Below, one piece after another: positions 54,681 to 64,000 of a stretch of DNA of 64,000 bases. Source of the DNA: Lingula anatina (taxonomy: Eukaryota; Animalia; Brachiopoda). Location: NCBI GenBank assembly GCA_051362555.1, contig CM120649.1:18552567-18616566 (forward strand). The letters are read 5' to 3'. Both the position numbers and the translations under genes were made by a program. Every line of letters starts with the position of its first letter. Position 1 is the stretch's first letter. The notes under the pieces were generated by a model. It was not told the origin of the DNA and did no database searches. It worked only from the letters and a program-made list of their open reading frames with translations.

Positions 54681-56408
54681 TAGGCCTGTGAGAATGTGCA
54701 CTCAGTCATACTCCCAGTAACAGTACTATGCTCTGTTTGTAACAATTTCTAATTTGACCTCCTTTCTTATCGTTAACGCTTTGCCAGTTGATTTACCAGA
54801 GCTGCGTTTTTTTTTACGTAATGTCGCCCTTTTCTACACGAGCGATGTCGATATACCCTACATGCCCCTAACAATCTTACCATTAATTCTTTTAAATAAA
54901 AACTATAGGCCTACAGGTCAAGCCACGCTTCTTGAAGCTTACGAATACACTATGTTTGATATTTTTAATTGGTTATATCGTGAATAATCGTGAAACCAGA
55001 GGACCTTCCGTTTCGCTGATTAAGTGATCCAATATACTTCATATGGAGCCTTGACTTGAATAAACTGCTTTACTTCGTTCATGGGTTTAATACGTCGTAT
55101 CTTCCCTCTGTCAAGGGGAAAAGAGGTCTAATCCATGTTTTTGAGGTTTTTGTGTGTTTATCAGGGGCGGATCCAGGATTATTTGAAGGTGGGTCCACGG
55201 CGTGGGGTTGGGGGCCTGCTGAAGGGCCCCGCAAAAATTTTGGTATTTTAGAAGGCGATCGGTGCCATTTAGAACTACGACTCAGCTAGTCAAAGTTCTT
55301 TATATTAATTCCGAGAGAGGAATATAAGTAATTTTTTTCAGAAATCGGAGGGGGGGGGGGGGGGGGGGGGGGGGAGGGTCAGGACTCCCCCCCCCCCCTG
55401 ACCCCCCCCTAAATCCGCTACCGTTTATAGTGATCAGAGACATATCTGCTGTGCGTTAATTTAAACCGTCCATTGATTGTAGCCTATAGTAGGGCAGAGA
55501 CCAGGTCAAAGTGATAAGTCAGGTTATCTACTATGACCAAGCTCTGTTATCTTGGTCTTCCACTTATGTCGTCCTTAGTCATTGGTATACATTGCGAAAT
55601 CGAAGAGATATGTTGAAGAGTTTTCAGTTTATCTTCCTATCTGACAAACCATTCACCACAAAAATTACCCCAATTGTGGACTATAGATACGTGCCAAGGA
55701 TTGTCCGCACGTAGTCCTGTTTGGCATTTAATTTATCCACCGATAAAAGTAGCAACTATAAAAGCACATATGACAAGACACCCAGGTTAAATAATGACTA
55801 TTAATAACGTTTTTTTTTTAATTCGAGTTATATTTATCTTACATTATCTATATTCTACACACGCCCCCCCCCCCCCCCCAAAAAAAAATCTTCGGCATCT
55901 ACGACTAAATCGAAATGACATATGTACATACTGAGTACACACATTAACTAAAAATAAACTATGTACATGAAGGCTGGGAAAAATAATGTTTATATATTCA
56001 TCTACACATAATTTTCTCGCCGTGTGACAATAAGACAACGGTTCAACTGCTCTTTGTGCCAAAAAGCCCCGTAGGCTGGGGGAGGTGGCGGGAGGCGTCA
56101 TAATTAACCGCCAATGTCGACGCACGAGGTCAACTATGAATCCAAGTTTCATCTAGGTTCTTTGTTATTATCTTTCAAACTGGTTCCGTTCAGCTAAGTT
56201 ACTTTGACAGTTGCTGGTAACAGTCCTGAATGTTGAAAAATCTGTTCAGTTTGGGCATGAAAGGATTCCACTCACCCAAGGCAATTACTAACCCATGGTT
56301 GTTTGGTACATTTGGTACATTTGGTATGTGCTTATGTTAAATGACAGGATACATAAACCCAATTAGTTCTACGTATTTCGGTTATTAAGTCACAAGGCAT
56401 ATCCTTAC

Positions 56409-56497
56409 CTGGTTGTACTGGTAGAATTCGATTCCCAAGATTTCCCTTGTAGTATATAAACCAGTGCTCTGTCTCCCGCCTGACTGCAAAGCGCTAC
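56409..56497 (-). other. Candidate 5'-UTR exon of the GT7 gene
   Basis: ttttcag| 89 nt without ATG |gtaagg. The first coding exon is preceded by an acceptor at 50984, so upstream UTR exons are expected. Confidence 0.35.
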
Positions 56498-58304
56498 CTG
56501 AAAATAACATGTGGAATATTGCTTAGCAATTGCTTCCGTTTACCTGTGCGTCCGTTCAATATGAAAGATTAGATTAGCGGCATTAAGCTTTTGTGGATCC
56601 AAAGGCCTCGCTTGCTTTTCTACAGCAGAACGGTAGTGTTGATGTTTAACGCCACACCGATGCTTCATCTCTATAGTGTACGCCGGTAGTCTTGTGAACA
56701 GTGTTATCTAAATTTACGTGGTGCACTCACCGCAAACTGCAAGCTCCTTAAAGAGATAGCAACTCTTCAAATGTCATTCAAAATTCCACAATAAATACAT
56801 CGTAAACAACATAAAGAAATACAATAAATTCCATTTTACCACCAATACAGCGGTTATCGCAGTTATTATAAAATCTGTGCTTGCCATCGGACCACGTGGA
56901 CCTTCATAAATGGCTACCATCTCTTAAGTAATTATTACAAAAACCACACTTTTTAAGAAAACAATCGACTTACTTTGAATGTTGGAACGGATTCATAAAC
57001 CATGAGAAAGTTTGGAGAAATTGTCGTTTACCCCAGAAAATTCCGTTTTATGGCACTTTTTCTGCCAAAATGAAGAGTTGCCGTCCCTTTAATTGCTTTA
57101 TCCGTCGCCCCGTTACGCACGACGATAAGTTCAAGTTTTATCAGAAAACATATGCAAATCACATTATCCACTATTTAAGAACCACCAGCTTGAGTTTTCA
57201 CTTATAAGCAGTATACACGTGCATATATTATTATATCATTTATATAACTGTCAATAGGGCGTGAACATATGCTTAAAATAAACCATTTGGAGGCACAGTG
57301 TATATCTATATGCACATCGACGGAGGTATGGGCCAGATATTCGGTGAATAATAAACCAGCTCGCATCCCGCATCCCAGTTGCCTTATCGCAAACTTCTTA
57401 TCGCAATTTATGTAAATTGTAGCATATGTCAACAGTAATTATCATGACGACGAGTAATTTTATAAACTGTCTTCACCGACGTATGCACCAATGCAGTTAG
57501 TGGTTTGGCGAGGAGTAGGCCTACATTTCTTCGCGGTTACCGCAAACACGTGGTATAAATATTGCAGACACGTTTTTACTTCAGTAATCCACCATTAAAG
57601 ATGCATACAAAGTCAATTTTTTTCACAAAAACCAACCAAATGCCAGCATATAGTTTCAAGTAGTATAACTAAGAGAATTACCAAAAGGCATTGTTTAATT
57701 TTACCCGAAAATGATGTTTGAACGGATTTTTCTGCTGGCATTCTAAGCTGTATGTCAATGGCTCAGGAAAGTAGGTCAAATTTACAACCAAAAATTTAAA
57801 GAAAGGAGCAGTCTAAAGGTCTTTTATGGCTGATTGAGTGATCTATTCAGTTTATCCCTTGGCATGTCCAATTTATTTGAGTCATATAAGAATCTAGTAG
57901 AAGTGGTTTACATGTGTTACTAGGAATCCACGCTCCAGCGATGCTCGGTTCGTATGTACCTTTAACCTTTCATTTATAAAAAGTCGATGAGATAGTTTGT
58001 GACTTCCTTGAGTGTAAGGAGCAAGTGGATTTTCACGGGGGGATAAAATACCCCGAAACCGAATAAAGCTCATACCGGCACTATCACATAACTTCTCCGA
58101 GAATGTACACATGTAGGCCTATGCCGAGTTGTGTAGGGCATGTAATGAGGAGATGTAGAATAGAGCAACTCGTTGTACATCAAGGAAAATAGCTCCCTAT
58201 CAGGCATTGAATAGATTCCACGCGGGGATCGCGCAACAAGCTTTCAAGTGGGTCGGCCATATTTGATCCGTGGGTCTGTTAGTCCGCTGTTCTGTATGCG
58301 GCCT

Positions 58305-58522
58305 TACACCCCATTTCCATAGATTAGATCGACCTACTTTAGATCGACCTAACTCCCTGGGGGTTCACGCTAAATAGCTGTCAGCCGGGCGGACACGAAA
58401 GTTAATTACCCCCTTACAGCTTGTAGTAGGCGGGACGGAGATTTAAGTCGGATTATCTGAAAGTAATCTAGTGAGACTCCCCGCGGGGATAGATCGATCT
58501 AAAATCTGTGTGAATAGAGCCT
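58305..58522. mobile_element. MITE (copy of the 38183-38400 family)
   Basis: Near-identical to 38183-38400; abuts a partial copy of the 41712 family. Confidence 0.8.
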
Positions 58523-59087
58523 AAGAGAGAGAGGTGTGGAGGGGGTAGATCGCCAACGCTATGAACCAGAGCGCGTGATGTTGAGGGGTCAAAGCACTTC
58601 CGTTAACACCTCTTGGAGATAGCGATCAACAACACAACCGCGAGGGAAAAGCTGCCTAGGCTTTGTTTGTCATAAACTAGGACTCAGTATCCATATTGGA
58701 CAATATAGATATTGAGTCGTACATGAAGTTATAAACTAGCCAGTTGCTTTTACCAGTAACCTTACCCTGTTAACTTTCAAATGGGCAACGAACCCCCTTA
58801 ACTGACACAAGTTGAAAAAGGACATATATAAATTTTCCTGGCCAAAAGGGCGGTACGTTCGAGCCACCCCCCTCCCACCCCCGGCTACGATTGTTTCAGT
58901 GGGAACGAGACCTTTGCTATGCCAGCCTTTCTACCTGACTTGAGCCGAACAAATAACTCCAGATACTTATTGTTCACCCAGAGCTCAATGGTGTAGTCAA
59001 CAATGCAGTCAGTCAAATAGGTGACCTAACCCCGCTATCATTTCAATATTCTATATGAAGACGCAGAAGACTAGAAATTAAACTTTA

Positions 59088-59371
59088 CCCGCACGCAAAC
59101 GAAGTAGATACTCCAGCGCAGTAGACTACTACAATTCTACTGCAAACATGCTTCAAATCTGCTTCGACTGGGGAGCTAATTAGCATATTTGAAACATGCT
59201 TCTATCATGCTGCAAATCTACTGCATTAATGCTCCTCCTCTGTATGACCCTATGTAATTTTTGAAGTAGAATTGCAGTAGGCTATGCTGCATTTCTACTG
59301 CAAATATGCTCCACACCACTACTGCGTTAATGCTTCTTTGCTACTTCGATACTACTGCATTTTCGTGCGGG
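59088..59371. mobile_element. CCC..GGG, TA-flanked non-autonomous element with CTACTGC/GCAGTAG internal repeats
   Basis: TIR CCCGCACG..AA / TT..CGTGCGGG and many internal ctactgc units. Confidence 0.6.
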
Positions 59372-59409
<38 letters not shown>

Positions 59410-60865
59410 ACATTTTAATGTACTGTCACATATTTCAATATTCGATTGCATTTTCACTATGAATGTAAAACTTTGACCTTTTGGTTGTAATTTTAAGTAT
59501 ATAATTGTAGTTATACATTAATCTTTCTTCTCTACCCCTCTCATGCCCTAATCTACCCCCGTTTTATCTAAGCAAACACTATACTAGATTTTTAAAAAAG
59601 CTGATTTATTGGAAAGGCAATAATGACAATGATCTTGATGTTGTTTTTTTCCTAAAATCTTCAATAATTTGTTTCGTCTTTAAAACATTATACTTTATGT
59701 CGTTATTCGAGTATCAAAAATCAAATGTCGACACTTGATTCCGATAATTAAACTCAGAAGTGTTGACGAGGCCGGAGCATCTAGCAGGATATACATGTAG
59801 GCCCCTATTTGTCAAAACGTGACTTACGAGGGGTGATTGGAAATATTTGAGCTTCTCCCATCATTTGTGGATTTCCATGTTTTTTATCACGAGAAACCAA
59901 CATTTCTCATATAATCATATAAAGATTGACATTATTATGAAATGCCAAGAAAACGATATCCTCACGTATGGGATTGCTAGGAGAAATCAAGAAGACAGTG
60001 CTGCAAATACTGCCATTTGATCTCAGTCACAAGTATCTGCAGTTTTGAGTGATACAGGATCACAGCTTGTTGAATAATATAGGAAAATAAGAGGAATGCC
60101 AAATAAACACTGAATAAAGGTGCAGTAAAGAAGTCTTAGTGAGCTAATTTGTTACGTGTACCTACTTGAAATGACTCGCCACTGTCTTTTTCGCTAGTAT
60201 CATCTTCACCCCTCGCTATGGAAAACGGACGCCCTGGTTGTGCTTATTACGTAACACCTTTTTAGGGGACTACGACCCTTTCCTACCTGTATATATGCAC
60301 CGGTACGTGTTATGAATTTTGGCTCTAGGTGACTAATAAGGGTGTGTTCAGATCAAGTTGGTCAGGGGGCTAACAGGTTTGCGAATCAAATATGGCCGAC
60401 GCACTTCAAAGCTTGCCGTATAATTCCTTAATAAATACTGAATAGATTCCTCGCGGGGATTACGCGGTAAGCTTTCAAGTGGGTCGGCCATGATTGATCC
60501 GCGGATGTGGTATTCCGCGGATCAACTTGCTCTGAATGTGCCCCTAGCTTCCAACAAAGATGTTCACTCAAGGATGTAGGGCCTATATCCCCTCTAGTGT
60601 ATTTTTGTTATCGGGTAGTCACGCGGGACACATTGTGTGACGGAAAAATGGGTGGGGAGAGGATGTTTAAAAGAAATCGTTCTAGGTTTTAAAGTGTGGG
60701 ATTTTTTACCAAAAATTTTATTTATTAAAAAAAAAAAATAATGCGAACAGCAATGATAAACTTATCAATGAACCATACATTTTGAGTGTGGGAGACTCGC
60801 AGGGGTCAAGGGGAGATATGGGCGTGGCTACTGAACTCAAGTGTCACACAGGAGGTCCCTCTATG

Positions 60866-61039
60866 GACGTATTCAGAACAGTGAACTAACTAGTCCGACG
60901 GTCAAGTATGGCCGACCCACTTGAATACTTCTCCTCGGAGACGCTATTTAGTGTCTATTAGGGGATTAGACGGCAAGCATTTTAGTGGGTCGCCATATTT
61001 GACCCGCGCACTATTTAGTCCACTGTTCTGAATGTGGCC
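60866..61039. mobile_element. Tourist/Harbinger-like MITE (family of 41712-41885)
   Basis: ATTCAGAACAGTG / CACTGTTCTGAAT termini and a shared aagtgggtcggccat core; another relative at 60340-60543. Confidence 0.65.
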
Positions 61040-61195
61040 CATAAACTATTAGGTAGACTAGCAAAGAGAGCCCTTGTCACCAGATATGTGTGACACAACA
61101 CACTGTCACCCGAGCGACATACATGTAGGCCTATATGTCCTGTAATGAGTAGCTGAGGAGCCAGGTTACCCAGGCTCTTCATGTAGACTTTCACG

Positions 61196-61335
61196 TACCC
61201 TCTATCAGGTCCACAGATTATATTTTCACTAGATATGAACAGACTTGTCTCTGGTTAAAATAGACGGCCTATCTGATATCTCTGTATTCGGAGTAGGCCT
61301 ACATAGAATAATAACTGCGGCCCTGGTAGAGGATA
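61196..61335. mobile_element. Mutator-like MITE (family of 22695-22836)
   Basis: TACCCTCTATCAGG / CCTGGTAGAGGATA termini. Confidence 0.6.
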
Positions 61336-62871
61336 GGCTTTTATCAATTAAAATCAATTAAAACAACCGAGACAGGCAGATACAGCCAGAGCCTGCTATT
61401 TAGAACTCAAAATTCGGATGTCTTCATCTGCAGGGTTATCTGTGCGTGGGTCGGCCCCTCTATCTCTCACCATCTCTCTGTCATCTTTTATCCCTTAATT
61501 TAATTGGGATTTCAATTAACCTGCTGCATACACTATGCTAATGACCTGGACCTGAATCTACCGGGGTATGAAAGCTCTACCTTGCATACATTCACTATCT
61601 TCCAAGAATAATTAACAGATTGCATTTGACTTACTTTTTCCAGCCAACACGCACGGGGGAAATTGTCCGGGAATTGGGGTGGGGGGTGGGGAGAGGGATT
61701 GTCTTGATACCCACCTCTGGGCATGTATTTACAGATATTTCGCTGTGATGAGGGGTAGGGTATGCTCGAACTAGTGATGACAAGGCAAAGGAGTGCGCAG
61801 ATGCAAACAATTCAGTTAGTGTCGTGGCCATTCTTTCAAATAAGTATGGTCTATATCTGAATCATGAATCACAATGCACTATTAAGGACGGAGTAGGCCT
61901 ACTACAATGGTTAAAAACGGACGAGTCGGCGCATATTTTGTTGTGAGCAAAACTCCCTCCCATGGTTTGCAAGGCGTTCGAGGGGCGCAGGTGGAAAGAC
62001 TGCCTTTGTCAGTTTGTTTTCTATTGATTTTCATTAAAACAGATTTAAGAAACTACTCCGAGCTTTAGGGCGGTGAGTCGGTCCTGCGTTTGATAGCCCA
62101 GCGCAAACAAAGGGTAAAAAGCAAGGTCCTACTTTGATCGTCTTTCTGCACAAAATCAGAAACATAGTTCTCTTGAAATCTCCACGTTCTATCTGACGTA
62201 GCAAAAAATATAAAAGAGTGTATAAATGTATCAAATACTTTTCCAGGAATCAAAAGAATAACGTAATCAAATGAAAATGTTTGATTAGTGAAGACTACGG
62301 ATTACTACTAAAAGCAGTGGTAGTAGATAGACAAAATCATTCTGACATTAACTAGCTTTTCAAGCCAAATCAACATTCAAGTAAACCATAAACGAAAAAA
62401 GGTCCCTTGAATTATTTAGTCTCTCTAGCCACATATGATATATTGCTCGAAAAGATTCGTGCTTTTTATCGGAATCTTTTACACAGATGAGAACGATTTC
62501 TATCAGTGAAACTTACTGTCAAGTCTTGAATTCTTCCCCCTAATGTCGCTTTTTTTTTCTTCGAAGTTAGGATCAATATGCGCAGAATCTAGGTTTGCGA
62601 GGTCACAGTATTCTTGCCATCAAATTGACCGAAATATTGCTTGACCTGCTGCAGTAGTTAAGTACACACGTGTGGTAAGTCCTCCTATAAATTCACGACA
62701 CACTACTAGCAGCTACAGCGAGCGGTGACGTCAAAGCCTCGCTAACCCCCCCCCCTCCCCCCCAGTTTACAGTACAGAGAGATGCCCGTACTTGACAAAG
62801 AAATATATGTGAACATCCGGCGAAAAGGTTATCTTTCACTATTTCATAAAAAAAGATTGTTGGTACACTTC

Positions 62872-62926
<55 letters not shown>

Positions 62927-63517
62927 TAGGCCTATAGGCCTAACTCACCAATCCTAGCAGCGTAACTGTCATACAAGGATTCTCTATGCCAGATTCCAGT
63001 GACTTATATACTAGTATAGTATATGCACTGTATAATGAATAGATAAATAAATAAATTATAAACAGGAGAAACACTCCCCTCATCGGCTCTTATGAAGTCC
63101 ATCTTTCTCTTTACCTAGGGCATCACTGAGAGAGATCACCTCCCAAAACTGCCCTTCCGAGCCCATCTTTCCCTTCACGTAGGGAATCACCGGAAGACTA
63201 CGCCTAAAATGTGCTTTGCGAGCTTGACTTGCGTCTAAAGCACATCTTGGGCTACATATTATTACTTCACCTGTATCTTCCGTTCCAAGTCGTCTTGTGC
63301 TACCAGTAGGCATTTGTAATAATAATGATGATGATGGTTTAATCAATATAATACCCACATCCATACTTACACGCAAGGTTATCTACTCCTCCAAGTTTTC
63401 CAACAAACTTGTCGGCGCGGGGAGTGGGGGAGGGGGGGAGGGGGGGTTGTACCGATTTCTCACTTCTACCTTATCATAGGCTACCTTTATAGATATTGAA
63501 GTTCGCAAGTCAATATA

Positions 63518-63686
63518 CAGGGGCGGATCCAGAGATATTTTCTGACAGTCTTCCACATTATCTTTGTTGATCCATCCTCAATTTTTTTACCGTCTTCCGA
63601 CAGAAAAAATTAGATACCCGTCAATGTAAACTTGAAAATCTGACCGTTTTCTGGAAGACCCAGAAGACGGCCTAAATCCGCCCCTG
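63518..63686. mobile_element. hAT-like MITE (copy of 22490-22658)
   Basis: Near-identical to 22490-22658, with intact TIRs. Confidence 0.75.
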
Positions 63687-64000
63687 ATATATATCTTTAA
63701 TGGACAACCAAATAAAAACACAATGCCTTGAGACTTTTCTGTCGATTTATACGTTGATGCTGATATCGAGCTTTGAAAATTGATAAAAAACGGAACTCCA
63801 CGTGGGAAATGTGAGGAAGTGTTTGTACCTAACAGTATTCTACACACACACACACCACGGCTGCAGAACTGAATGGATACAAATATACACGATCTTGTAC
63901 TCGTGAAAAAAATGTTGAAACCGAATATTTTTCAAATTAAACACGTTTCTGCTCTTGTTCAGGCCTTGGACAGAATTATATTATGTCCAAGCTCAGGCTA

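Noticed and set aside
63080-63376. 98-aa minus-strand ORF in more GC-balanced sequence
   Set aside because: No recognisable motif or exon boundaries. It may be a decayed repeat; a database search is needed.

Overview
AT-rich, intron-containing invertebrate animal genomic DNA. It is not prokaryotic, and the ORF track catches only isolated exons. By reading splice sites and frames by hand I reconstruct, left to right: (1) the 5' part of a secreted CAP/SCP + tandem-EGF gene (minus strand, runs off the window); (2) a tandem array of three METTL24-like (Methyltransf_22) type II membrane methyltransferase genes, two intact and one internally deleted; (3) a complete 11-exon ATG4A/B-type cysteine protease gene, head-to-head with (4) a stand-alone nitrobindin (THAP4 C-terminal heme beta-barrel) gene; and (5) a 6-exon GT7 beta-1,4-glycosyltransferase, probably a GalNAc-transferase. 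Introns and intergenic DNA are dense with MITEs and also hold two Tc1 transposase relics and a LINE fragment interrupted by a tRNA-derived SINE. The best new observation is a pair of duplicated 104-nt exons in nitrobindin, both intact and mutually exclusive by reading frame, surrounded by RBFOX-type UGCAUG motifs and a long hairpin. Also notable are the ATG4-nitrobindin divergent pair matching human ATG4B-THAP4, and an ATG4 intron filled with tandem out-of-frame copies of the splice acceptor and catalytic motif. All gene models are manual predictions without transcript evidence.
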